From: Candidatus Spongiisociaceae bacterium
Lineage (GTDB): Bacteria; Actinomycetota; Acidimicrobiia; Spongiisociales; Spongiisociaceae
Direction of reading: 5' to 3'
Length of the DNA stretch: 64,000 bases
Assembly: GCA_965262915.1 (NCBI GenBank)
Contig: OZ253564.1
Location: 3,872,001-3,936,000 of the forward strand
Under the pieces are notes generated by a model. The model was not told where the DNA came from and ran no database searches. It worked only from the letters and a program-made list of their open reading frames with translations. Positions 31,047 through 39,705 of the stretch are shown one piece after another. Numbering within the stretch: the stretch's first letter is position 1; every line of letters begins with the position of its first letter. Both the position numbers and the translations under genes were made by a program.

Positions 31047-31307
31047 TCAACGACCTATCGTGTCGTATACCTCCCGCCGGTGTCCGATCAGTTCGATGTC
31101 GCCGGTGCTGATGTTGAAGATGATCCGGTAGGCCCCGCATCGCAGCGACCACAAGGCTGGGTTGGTACCGCTGAGTTTCTTGATCCGTACGCCGGTCGGA
31201 TCGGCATTGTATCGGTCGATACATCCTATTATCTGGTCACTTACATTCTCCGGCAGGCCTTTCAGGCTGCGGCGGGCGCGCCGGGTGTGTGATAGGCGTT
31301 GTGGCAC
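31047..31307 (-). CDS. RelE/StbE family type II toxin
   Basis: 86 aa, basic; IKKLSG, WSLRCGAYRIIF, IGHRREVY. Confidence 0.85.
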   Translation of the reverse strand: MPQRLSHTRRARRSLKGLPENVSDQIIGCIDRYNADPTGVRIKKLSGTNPALWSLRCGAYRIIFNISTGDIELIGHRREVYDTIGR

Positions 31308-31329
31308 CGATCAGTCAGTCGTCGCCTAA

Positions 31330-31349
31330 GCCTGGATCCACCGATGGGG
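31330..31349. mobile_element. Solo left end of a family C inverted-repeat element
   Basis: cTAA-GCCTGGATCCACCGATGGGG, one mismatch to cTAA-GCCTGAATCCACCGATGGGG at 32775. Confidence 0.7.
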
Positions 31350-31520
31350 TTTGGTTGTTGGGGGAGTAGGACCACCCGATCACTTCCGGACGGTCCGGTG
31401 CTTCGGCGACACCCCTGATCGGGACCGGTTGGCTTCCCACGGTCAGTAGCGTATTCACCCAGGTCAACGTCAACATACCCGCGCATGTACGAGGCGATGG
31501 CATTCGGGGAGCTACACTGC

Positions 31521-31685
31521 ATGGCTATGCCAACCAAGAAAGGCTCGGGAAACCGACCGCCGCCCTCTAAGAAGAACCCACGGGGCAGACGTATCCGTCT
31601 GGGTGACCAGGGTCAACAGCGGCCACCGAACGCACCGGCAGCGTCGACAAGCTCTTCGCTTCCAAAGCCGCCACCCAAGGGCTGA
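31521..31685 (+). CDS. Small Pro/Lys-rich hypothetical peptide (about 54 aa)
   Basis: GGGGAG upstream; MAMPTKKGSG...LPKPPPKG; ends 34 nt before the next gene. Confidence 0.5.
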   Translation: MAMPTKKGSGNRPPPSKKNPRGRRIRLGDQGQQRPPNAPAASTSSSLPKPPPKG

Positions 31686-31719
31686 CTCGTCCCCCGCTGA
31701 CCTCTGAGGAAACGGGACC

Positions 31720-32451
31720 ATGCCGACGACTATCAGTAGCCTGTTCGTTTTCGTCGCGATCCTGACCCCGGGGTTCGTCTACCTGACACGAACCGAGACG
31801 AGGCTCCCTGGCCGTCGGTACAGTGCGCTCCGCGAGACTGCTTCGATCGTGTCGGTCAGCGTTGCCACCAACGCTGTCGTCCTCGTGGGCTTCTGGATCG
31901 TCCGATCCGTGCTGTCGAGTATCACCCCGGACGTGGGGGCGCTTCTACGCGATCCACAGACTTACCTCGCGAACCACCCCGCGCAGGTGACGATGTGGTT
32001 TGCGGGGCTACTCGGCGCTGCTGTCGGCCTAGGCGCACTAGCCGCTGTTCCGCCGGAGTGGAGCGAGAAGCTATTTTCTCGGGTCGGGCGCTGGCCCGGT
32101 CCCACGATTGCGGAGTATATAGAGAACAGACGAGCGCGTGGTCCCATCGCACCGGAGTCAGGATGGGGGGTCGCATTCCATGAGAAGCCAGACCGGATGG
32201 TGTATGTCGGCCTCCGCTTAAGGGACGAGACCTATCTCGACGGCCCGCTTCTGTCCTTCAGTTCCCAGATCGAGGAGAACGACCAGCGCAGCATCAAACT
32301 CGGGAGACCCGTCCGGATAAGCTTTCCCTCGGCCACCGAAGCGGAGCTGCTCCCCTGGGACGTGGATGCAGTTATCGTCTCGGCGAGCGAGATCAAGATG
32401 ATCTCTGTCAACTATTTGCCGAAGGGCTTCATCAAGCGGGTAGATGGCTGA
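31720..32451 (+). CDS. Membrane protein, DUF6338-like
   Basis: MPTTISSLFVFVAILTPGFVY...SALRET, three hydrophobic segments, SGWGVAF, C-terminal beta-rich domain; family recognised by eye. Confidence 0.65.
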   Translation: MPTTISSLFVFVAILTPGFVYLTRTETRLPGRRYSALRETASIVSVSVATNAVVLVGFWIVRSVLSSITPDVGALLRDPQTYLANHPAQVTMWFAGLLGAAVGLGALAAVPPEWSEKLFSRVGRWPGPTIAEYIENRRARGPIAPESGWGVAFHEKPDRMVYVGLRLRDETYLDGPLLSFSSQIEENDQRSIKLGRPVRISFPSATEAELLPWDVDAVIVSASEIKMISVNYLPKGFIKRVDG

Positions 32452-32659
32452 GGGAACGCTCGGGCCAGGGAGATAGGGAACTCCTGAAGAGGGCGAACAC
32501 CCGCCGGCTGATATCGGGTGCTCCCCCGCCCACAGGGTGGCACTAAAAGTGGGACTTGGCTCTGATGTGCAAACTTTGTATCTCGTAATGTGCACACGGC
32601 GTATCTACAGGTGCGCATATCTTGTAGTTTGATTCGTGCAGGATTGGTAGTGTTAGGCT

Positions 32660-32812
32660 ATGAATCGTTACCTCGAGCGTCTGGTGGACCCGTGGATCGC
32701 CGAGGTGCTCGCGTCGGTGCCTGCGGTGATGATCACCGGCGGCCGGGCCGTCGGTAAGACCACCACCGCGCTAAGCCTGAATCCACCGATGGGGAGGGCG
32801 CAGCGGACATAG
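32660..32812 (+). pseudogene. Truncated AAA+ ATPase (AAA_14/DUF4143-like) N-terminal fragment
   Basis: MNRYLERLVDPWIAEVLASVPAVMITGGRAVGKTTTAL; breaks right after Walker A at the family C element; TAGTGT-N6-ATG suggests a leaderless start. Confidence 0.8.
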
Positions 32813-32964
32813 AGATATGGTGGAAATGCCTCCTGATCTGCGGCGATAGCTATTGGTAAGGATGGTTCGGTCCTGGGAAGAGGAGCAACTTCCTGTGAGT
32901 GGTGGATCCCGGAGATCGCCCTGGTCAGGATTGGTTTTCGGAATATGAATCGGTGGATTCAGGC
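32775..32964. mobile_element. MITE-like element, family C (190 bp)
   Basis: Perfect 16-bp TIR GCCTGAATCCACCGAT/ATCGGTGGATTCAGGC flanked by TAA (equivalently CTAAG) on both sides. Confidence 0.85.
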
Positions 32965-32967
32965 TAA

Positions 32968-33111
32968 GAGGGTGCGCTGGTAGGTGCTCACCGGGGGAAA
33001 CAGCGAGTACGACCGTTGACGAGTACACACCGATGACCAGGGGTTCTTCGATCTGGAGCCGGGTAGGTCCATTGACAGGGGCGGTTACGGTCCGCCTACC
33101 CGCGCACCCTC
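32968..33111. mobile_element. MITE-like element, family A, copy 3 (144 bp)
   Basis: TAA-GAGGGTGCGCTGGTAGG...CCTACCCGCGCACCCTC-TAA; highly similar to 2590-2734. Confidence 0.88.
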
Positions 33112-33477
33112 TAAGAACCAAGAACGGCCGGCTTCTTCAAAAGTGGTGCACCCGGGGGGTAGCTCGAGACGGCGGGGCGGGTTCTCTACGGCCCAGCGCC
33201 AGTTGGCGCACACCCGGGCGAACCGCGTCGGGTCGGCGGTGATCTCGATCAGCAGTTCCAGATCTTCGGTGTCCTCGGCATAATAGGGCAGGATCCCGGC
33301 GGCATGGAAGCGGCGCAGTTGCTCCAACTGCACTAGGCGTGCCTCTTCAACCCGGTCCGGCGGGATCTCCGCCCAGCCCAACTCGACCAAGGGGTGCTCG
33401 TCGATCTGCTGGTCCGTCCAGTCGGCGGGGTCCCGCTCGAAGGGTGACAAGACGTCTCCGGTGGTTCGGGTAGCCAT
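33085..33477 (-). CDS. Hypothetical protein (about 130 aa) whose C-terminus reads into the family A element
   Basis: TGtTACAGT-N6-ATG leaderless-type promoter; acidic globular-looking sequence; stop lies inside the element. Confidence 0.55.
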   Translation of the reverse strand: MATRTTGDVLSPFERDPADWTDQQIDEHPLVELGWAEIPPDRVEEARLVQLEQLRRFHAAGILPYYAEDTEDLELLIEITADPTRFARVCANWRWAVENPPRRLELPPGCTTFEEAGRSWFLEGARVGGP

Positions 33478-33532
33478 ACCGGGACTGTAACAGCCCCTCG
33501 CGCGCAACGCGCAGGTTAACAACCACTAACTA

Positions 33533-34885
33533 TCAATTACTTTCGATAGTGAAATCGTCGGCGCCCGGGACCCGCACCACCTCCGGATAGGTAACACCGA
33601 ACGGTCGGGTCGCGTCGATACCCCACACCGAGATGACCTCCTTCTCCGGGGCCGAGGGATCCAGGGGGCCACCCGCCACGCGTGGAACGATGATCACGTC
33701 CTCGGCCGGTTGGCTCCGGGTCATGATCGCCCAGTTGACCGCTTCGGTGTCGTACACGTCTATGTCCTCGTCCACCATGACCACCAGCTTCGGCCGCGAC
33801 GAGTCCCCGAGAGCGGTGAGGATCACATGTCGCGCCTGTGCCTTGTAGCGCTGCTCCAGGGCGATGACCGCCGCGTACTGGACACCGCCCCAGTTCGGGT
33901 AGGAGACGGCAGTGACCTCCGGGAAGGTCTCCCGTAGCTTCTCGTAGAGGGCGCTCTCGTACGCGAACGACTTGAGGACGTGGTTGTCGGTGGGAGGTAT
34001 GCCGGTCATCCCCGCCAGGAAGATCGGATCGCGACGGTGGGTGATCGCAGTCACCTCGATGACATGGTTCTCCTCCGCAGGTCCGTAGTAGCCGGTGAAC
34101 TCACCGAACGGTCCCTCCATCACCCGCTCGCCCGGCAGCACCCGCCCTTCGATCACGATCTCGGCCGATGCAGGGACCTCGAGATCCACCGAGACACACT
34201 TGACAACGTCCACCGGCTCCCCCCTGATGCCTCCGGCCACCGTCATCTCGTTCACACCTTGGGGAACCTTGGCCTGAGACGCATACAGGAGAACCGGATC
34301 GCAACCGTTAACGATCGCTATGTCCAACGGCTCGTCACGCCGCTCAGCCCGTGCCATGTGCGTTCCGAGACCTTGAAAGGCGTGTGACATGACCGACATA
34401 CGGTCCTTTCCGGTGCGCATCACCCGATACACCGACGCGTTGACCGACCGGTCGATCGGGTCCTTGCTCACTTCGAGCGCCACGGTCACGTACGGACCGC
34501 CGTCCTTTTCGGAATAGACCGGCATAGGTAACGAGTTCAGGTCGATGTCGTTCCCGGTATGAACCACCTCCTGGCACTCCCCTGAGGGGACCAGCCGAGG
34601 CTCGACAGGGTTTCTCAGTCCGTGGGAGAACCGGGCGTTGCCTTCCGCCGCGGAGTCCACCTCCAGAGCCAGCAGGGCCTTGAACCTGTTGGTGAACACG
34701 GCGCCGGCCACCGGCATGTCATGGCCGGTGACGTTCTCGAACATCAGAGCCGGACCACTCGTGTCCGCCATCTTCCGGATGCCCGCGGCAATCTCGAATC
34801 GTGTGTCCACCGGGCGGCTGACGCGCGCCAGGTCCCCTGCTGCTTCCAGTGCCGAGAGAAACTCACGGAGATCATGAAAAGGCAT
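33533..34885 (-). CDS. UbiD family prFMN-dependent (de)carboxylase 3
   Basis: HDLREFL, NASVYRV, EGPFGEFTGYY, VMVDEDID, LDPSAP, GIDATRP; GGAGG before ATG 34885. Confidence 0.93.
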   Translation of the reverse strand: MPFHDLREFLSALEAAGDLARVSRPVDTRFEIAAGIRKMADTSGPALMFENVTGHDMPVAGAVFTNRFKALLALEVDSAAEGNARFSHGLRNPVEPRLVPSGECQEVVHTGNDIDLNSLPMPVYSEKDGGPYVTVALEVSKDPIDRSVNASVYRVMRTGKDRMSVMSHAFQGLGTHMARAERRDEPLDIAIVNGCDPVLLYASQAKVPQGVNEMTVAGGIRGEPVDVVKCVSVDLEVPASAEIVIEGRVLPGERVMEGPFGEFTGYYGPAEENHVIEVTAITHRRDPIFLAGMTGIPPTDNHVLKSFAYESALYEKLRETFPEVTAVSYPNWGGVQYAAVIALEQRYKAQARHVILTALGDSSRPKLVVMVDEDIDVYDTEAVNWAIMTRSQPAEDVIIVPRVAGGPLDPSAPEKEVISVWGIDATRPFGVTYPEVVRVPGADDFTIESN

Positions 34886-35167
34886 CGAAACGACCTCCAT
34901 ATCGTGTCGCCGCACCGACTGTACGCATGTGGGCGACCCGGAGCAACAAGCTCTTTGGGGGTGCCGGCCGGCCACGACCCGATCGTCGGACGCCAAGCGG
35001 GCACCTGACGGGCCACCGACCGGCCGTCGCAGCATCGTCATGCTCCTGCCTATCCCGGGGGATATCCGGACAAGAGAAGTCCGAAGCCATGCAGAACCGT
35101 CCCGAGAACTCTTTGCCGCTTCAAGCCGTCGATGGGACGACGGGAATCAGTGGTTCTTCTGCGTGAT

Positions 35168-35635
35168 CTACGAGGAGCCGGCTCGGCGTTCTTCCAGAAG
35201 CCGGGACACGTTCGCAAGCGACCCGATCACGACCTGCTCCGCCTTGATGCCGACTATCCGTTGGCCGAACGTCGCCACACGGCCGACCATCCGGACATCG
35301 GCGGTGATGGCGATCTCGGTCGCCGCTCCGTCGTCCGCCTCGGTGAAGGCGAAGACCTGCTCGGAGTGGACGGAGCTTCCAAGACCCGTGTCCGTGCCAT
35401 CAACCACGGCAGTGACGCTCTTGAGTGGATCGAGATCCGTGAGTTTCGTAGTCAGCTTGAACCGGGCCGTCACGGGCCCGACCCGCTGCGTGAGCAGGGC
35501 ACTGAACGCCTTGGGTCCTGTCGCCTTGTAGTTGCTGATTCCCGGAATGCACAGAGCCACTGCTTCGATGTCGTCCATCAGACCCCAGATCTCGGCGGGC
35601 GGGGCTCCGATTCTCACCGTCTTTTCGAATTTCAT
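35168..35635 (-). CDS. coxG: CoxG / SRPBCC family protein
   Basis: EIWGLMDDIEAVALCIPG, RVGPVTARF, GRVATFGQR; GGAGG upstream. Confidence 0.85.
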   Translation of the reverse strand: MKFEKTVRIGAPPAEIWGLMDDIEAVALCIPGISNYKATGPKAFSALLTQRVGPVTARFKLTTKLTDLDPLKSVTAVVDGTDTGLGSSVHSEQVFAFTEADDGAATEIAITADVRMVGRVATFGQRIVGIKAEQVVIGSLANVSRLLEERRAGSS

Positions 35636-35895
35636 CCCATATACCTCCGTCGTCGGAAACGCCCCGCTGCCCGCCCTGACCGGTTCGCCGGTGAGCGGGG
35701 TGTTGCGAAGCTTCGTGGCCCGCAGCTGGATCGCCAGGCGGCATGCTTCGGGAACAAGCGGGAACTTAACAGCCGCCCCGGTTCGGCAGGAACCCCGGTT
35801 CGCAGAATGAGAACAGCCGGCGAAGCCGACCTTCCGCAACCGCCGGATGGCTCCGAGGACCGCATCGACGGTCACTTCCACCGTACGAAGGACGG

Positions 35896-35924
35896 TTGAA
35901 TGAGCACTGCTCACTCTGTAGCAT
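35896..35924 (+). promoter_or_regulatory. Putative sigmaA promoter with palindromic operator in the spacer
   Basis: TTGAAT-17 bp-TAGCAT; palindrome TGAGCA-C-TGCTCA at 35901-35913. Confidence 0.55.
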
Positions 35925-36012
35925 CCCGTCCAGTGTCGGGACGCCCTTCGATTCCCGCAAACACTGCCCCGGCTCCTAGCGGGGATGGAACACACAACGG
36001 GGGAGGCCCATC

Positions 36013-36894
36013 GTGCGACGTGATATGGAACTACTACGCGGAGCAATCGACATGCATGCGCACACCGCGCCCGCTCTGTTTCCCCGTCCTATTACCGACC
36101 AGGATCTCGGCAGCTACGCGCTCGACTACGGCATGCGCGGGTTCGTGTTGAAGGACCATGACAGCGCCACTTTTCACCGCGCCGCCCAGCTGAAGCGTTC
36201 CATGCCCGGCATCGACCCCGTCGGCGCGATCGTGTTGAATCGCTCGGTCGGAGGAATCAACCCCTACGTCGTCGAAGCAGCCCTCCATTACGGCGCCAGA
36301 GTGATCTGGATGCCCAGCAACCACTCGCAGCACCACGACGACTACTTCGGGATACCGGACTACCCGCAGTTGGGTCGCATGCGGCGACAACTTCCCGGCC
36401 CGGGCGTCACCGTCCTTGACGAGAACGGTCGCCTGACCGACGACGCCAAGATGGTCATCAAGCTGGTGGCGGACGCGGGTGCATGCCTTTGCACAGGCCA
36501 CCTGAACCTCGATGAGACCCGCCTTGTCATCAAGGAGGCGAACAGGGTGGGGCTCGAGAGGCTCGTGGTTACCCACGTCAACTGGGCCCTGACCAAGTAC
36601 GACCTGGAAATCCAGCGGGAATTGGTGGCTGCGGGTGCGTACCTAGAGATCGTTGCGATCTCCTGCGTGTCGCCCACCTTCTACGAGCAGGCACCGTCCG
36701 AGCTCGCGCCGATAATCGACGCGCACGCCGGAGAGCGACTGATCCTCACTTCCGACCTCGGCCAGGGTTCGGGACCACCTCATCCCGAGGGGTTGCGCAT
36801 GATCCTCCACTCGCTCCTCGACGAAGGTGTCGACTACAGCGCTCTCGAGAAGATGACCAAGGAAAACCCCGCATTCCTTACGGGTCTGGGTTGA
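36013..36894 (+). CDS. Amidohydrolase-superfamily metalloprotein (DUF6282-like)
   Basis: AIDMHAHTAP, LKDH, TGHL, VTHV, TSDLGQ. Confidence 0.8.
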   Translation: MRRDMELLRGAIDMHAHTAPALFPRPITDQDLGSYALDYGMRGFVLKDHDSATFHRAAQLKRSMPGIDPVGAIVLNRSVGGINPYVVEAALHYGARVIWMPSNHSQHHDDYFGIPDYPQLGRMRRQLPGPGVTVLDENGRLTDDAKMVIKLVADAGACLCTGHLNLDETRLVIKEANRVGLERLVVTHVNWALTKYDLEIQRELVAAGAYLEIVAISCVSPTFYEQAPSELAPIIDAHAGERLILTSDLGQGSGPPHPEGLRMILHSLLDEGVDYSALEKMTKENPAFLTGLG

Positions 36895-37001
36895 TCGGGA
36901 TTCTCACGGTCGAGCCCGCGATACCCGCCGTGTCGCTAACCGGCTCTCGGAGGACCGGCGCCGGTTACCGAGGGATCCGACCGTTCCCTGATCGGACCTG
37001 A

Positions 37002-38597
37002 TTGCCACGGACGTTGCGCCCACAAGTCCGCAAGTCCGCCCAACTGGATGCGGCGGAGGATCTGACTCCGCCGCAGGAGCGGCATCCGTCTGACGGTCCG
37101 GTGCTGAGGATGCGCGGCATCCGGAAGACCTACCCGGGAGTGATCGCGAACGACAATGTCGATCTCGATGTCTATCCCGGGGAGATCCACGGGCTTCTCG
37201 GCGAGAACGGGGCCGGGAAGACCACGCTGATGAAAATCCTCTACGGTCTCTCTCAGCCCGACGCGGGGTCGATCGAGATAAAGGGACGCCCGCTCGTGGT
37301 GCGCTCGCCGAGGGACGCGGTCGATGCCGGCATCGGCATGGTTCACCAGCATTTCATGCTCGTACCGGACATGACGGTGGCCGAGAACGTGGCGCTCGGG
37401 TTCCGGACCGAACGGTATCCGCTGACGGACCTGGCCAGGATCTCCGCCGATGTGACCGAGCTGTCGCGTGTCCACGGCCTCGAAGTGGATCCCGGGGCCG
37501 TCATCGAAGATCTCTCGGTCGGAACCAGGCAGCGGGTGGAGATCCTCAAGCTGCTTCATCGTTCAGCCGAGATCCTGATCCTCGACGAGCCCACATCGGT
37601 CCTGACACCCCAGGAATGGGAGGACCTCGCCGCGGTGCTCCGGTCCCTCGTAGCCGAAGGTCGCGCCGCGGTGTTCATCACCCACAAACTCGACGAGGTG
37701 ATGGCCGTGGCGGATCGGTGCACGGTCCTGCGCGACGGAGCGGTCGTCGGAACGGTAGACGTGGAGGACACCGACAAAGCCTCACTGGCGAGGATGATGG
37801 TCGGCCGGCCAGTTGTCTTCCGCGCTACCCGAGAAGAGGTAGAACCGGGCGAACCGGTGCTCGAAGTGGAGGACCTCTCTCTCACCGACAGCACCGGCAA
37901 GGTAGTCCTCGAGAGGATCACCTTCGAGGTTCGAGCCGGGGAGGTGTTGGGCGTGGCGGGGGTAGACGGAAACGGTCAGACCCAGTTGGTGGACGTCCTC
38001 ACCGGCATGCGGCGGCCGGCCACCGGACGGATCCTCATCGGCGGCGAGGAGATCGACCGCCTCACTCCCGGCGGATTCCGGCGCCGTTCCGGTGGTGTGA
38101 TCACCGAAGACCGGCACGAGAAGGGCCTCGCCCTCGACCTGTCCCTCCGGGACAACCTCATAATGCGTGACTACCGAGATCGTCCTCTTTCGTCCCGGGG
38201 CGTACTCGACCTGGCTTCGATCAGGAAGCACTGCGTCAACCTGATACGCCGCTTCGATGTTCGAACCCCGAGCCAGACGATCCGGATGCGCCAGCTCTCA
38301 GGGGGTAACCAGCAGAAGTCAATCCTGGCGCGGGAGCTCTTCGCTGCCCCGAACCTGCTCATCGCCTCCCAACCGACGCGAGGGCTCGATGTGGGCGCAA
38401 TGGAGTTCGTGTATGCGTCCCTCCTCGAACGGAAGCGGGAAGGAGCCGCCCTGTTGCTCATATCCACCGAACTGGACGAGATCCTCTCTCTCAGCGACCG
38501 GATAGCGGTAATAGCCAATGGGCGATTCCTGCGTATCCTCGACGCACATGACGCGGACGCCGAGACCCTGGGTTTGTTGATGGGAGGTGAGGGGTAG
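37002..38597 (+). CDS. Nucleoside/simple-sugar ABC transporter ATP-binding protein (two NBDs)
   Basis: GENGAGKTT, MVHQHFML, LDEPT, LSGGNQQK, PTRGLDVG; start uncertain. Confidence 0.93.
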   Translation: MPRTLRPQVRKSAQLDAAEDLTPPQERHPSDGPVLRMRGIRKTYPGVIANDNVDLDVYPGEIHGLLGENGAGKTTLMKILYGLSQPDAGSIEIKGRPLVVRSPRDAVDAGIGMVHQHFMLVPDMTVAENVALGFRTERYPLTDLARISADVTELSRVHGLEVDPGAVIEDLSVGTRQRVEILKLLHRSAEILILDEPTSVLTPQEWEDLAAVLRSLVAEGRAAVFITHKLDEVMAVADRCTVLRDGAVVGTVDVEDTDKASLARMMVGRPVVFRATREEVEPGEPVLEVEDLSLTDSTGKVVLERITFEVRAGEVLGVAGVDGNGQTQLVDVLTGMRRPATGRILIGGEEIDRLTPGGFRRRSGGVITEDRHEKGLALDLSLRDNLIMRDYRDRPLSSRGVLDLASIRKHCVNLIRRFDVRTPSQTIRMRQLSGGNQQKSILARELFAAPNLLIASQPTRGLDVGAMEFVYASLLERKREGAALLLISTELDEILSLSDRIAVIANGRFLRILDAHDADAETLGLLMGGEG

Positions 38598-38601
38598 AGC
38601 C

Positions 38602-39705
38602 ATGCACCCGCTAGTGCGCAAGGTGATGTTGAACGGGGCCATTGCCATCGGCCCGGTCATGGCCGCCCTGCTCGTGGCTGCCGTCGTGCTCGCGCTGGCG
38701 GGCGCCCCACCCGTTGATGCGCTCAAGGCGCTTCTGAGCGGGTCGGTCGGCGGGCGCATCCAACTCGCCCGTACTCTTAGCTTCCTGTTACCGCTCGTTC
38801 TGATCGCGCTGGCGTGGATCCTCGCCTTCACCACCAAGCGGATAAACCTCGGGCTCGAAGGGCAGATCATCGTCGGTGGGATCGTCGCCACCGTGATCGG
38901 GCTCCACCTCACCGGGCTCCCGACCGGCGTCCATATCCCGCTGGCGATGGTCGGAGGCGCCTCGGCGGGTGCTCTCTACGCGGGGATCGCGGCCTGGTTC
39001 TGGGCGAAGAGGGACGTCAACGAGATCATCTCGACCCTCATGCTGACGCTCATCGCGGCGGAGGCGCTCAGCTGGCTCGTGAGGGGGCCCATGCAGGAAC
39101 CGGGCGTCGTGTTCCCCAGAAGCAGCGAGGTGGCGCAAACCGCGCAATGGGGGACGATCGTGGCCAACAGCGCCCTGACGTGGGACATTCTCCTGGTTCC
39201 GGTTGCGGTGATCGCCGTCGCGTTCCTGCAGAACCGGACCACGTTCGGGCTGACGCTGCGGATCACCGGCGCCAATCCGACGGCAGCCCGCCACGTGGGT
39301 ATAAGGACCGTACGTATCAACGCTGCGGCCCTGATCCTGTCGGGCGCGTTGGCGGGAACTGTCGGCGCATCGCTGATCCTCGGCGGGGAAACCGGCCGCA
39401 TGGGCGATGGGTTCTCGGCCGGCTTCGGCTTCGAGGGAATCGTCGTGGCTCTCGTCGCCCGCAACAACCCGTTCGGCGCCGTTCCCGCCGCGCTGCTCTT
39501 CGCCGTGCTCGACTCGGGCAGTGGCCTGATGGAGACCCGCGTCGGGGTCGCTTCCGAACTCGTATACGTGACCCAGGGTCTGGTGATCCTCTTCGTCGCG
39601 GGTACCGCGTACCTGTACAACCGGGCGAGACGAACCCGGGTCGACGCCTCCCAGAACAGCCCAATTCGCCCGTCGACCGGGACGGACATGGTAGGTACGG
39701 GCTGA
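38602..39705 (+). CDS. Nucleoside-type ABC transporter permease
   Basis: NLGLEGQ, VNEIISTLML, GFGFEGIVVALVARNNP. Confidence 0.9.
   Translation: MHPLVRKVMLNGAIAIGPVMAALLVAAVVLALAGAPPVDALKALLSGSVGGRIQLARTLSFLLPLVLIALAWILAFTTKRINLGLEGQIIVGGIVATVIGLHLTGLPTGVHIPLAMVGGASAGALYAGIAAWFWAKRDVNEIISTLMLTLIAAEALSWLVRGPMQEPGVVFPRSSEVAQTAQWGTIVANSALTWDILLVPVAVIAVAFLQNRTTFGLTLRITGANPTAARHVGIRTVRINAAALILSGALAGTVGASLILGGETGRMGDGFSAGFGFEGIVVALVARNNPFGAVPAALLFAVLDSGSGLMETRVGVASELVYVTQGLVILFVAGTAYLYNRARRTRVDASQNSPIRPSTGTDMVGTG

Noticed and set aside
34890-35160. Small gene between coxG and ubiD-3
   Set aside because: Candidate frames lack motifs or convincing composition, so no call is supported.
27276-35635. 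Aerobic CO dehydrogenase (coxMSL gene order plus coxG)
   Set aside because: No large subunit has the form I AYxCSFR loop. L4 has AYRGAGR, which is shared with other Mo hydroxylases, and no coxDEF was seen.
38814-39704. 655-aa fused permease in the ORF track
   Set aside because: The N-terminal part is an off-frame overlap of the upstream permease. The real start is ATG 39705 in TGATG.
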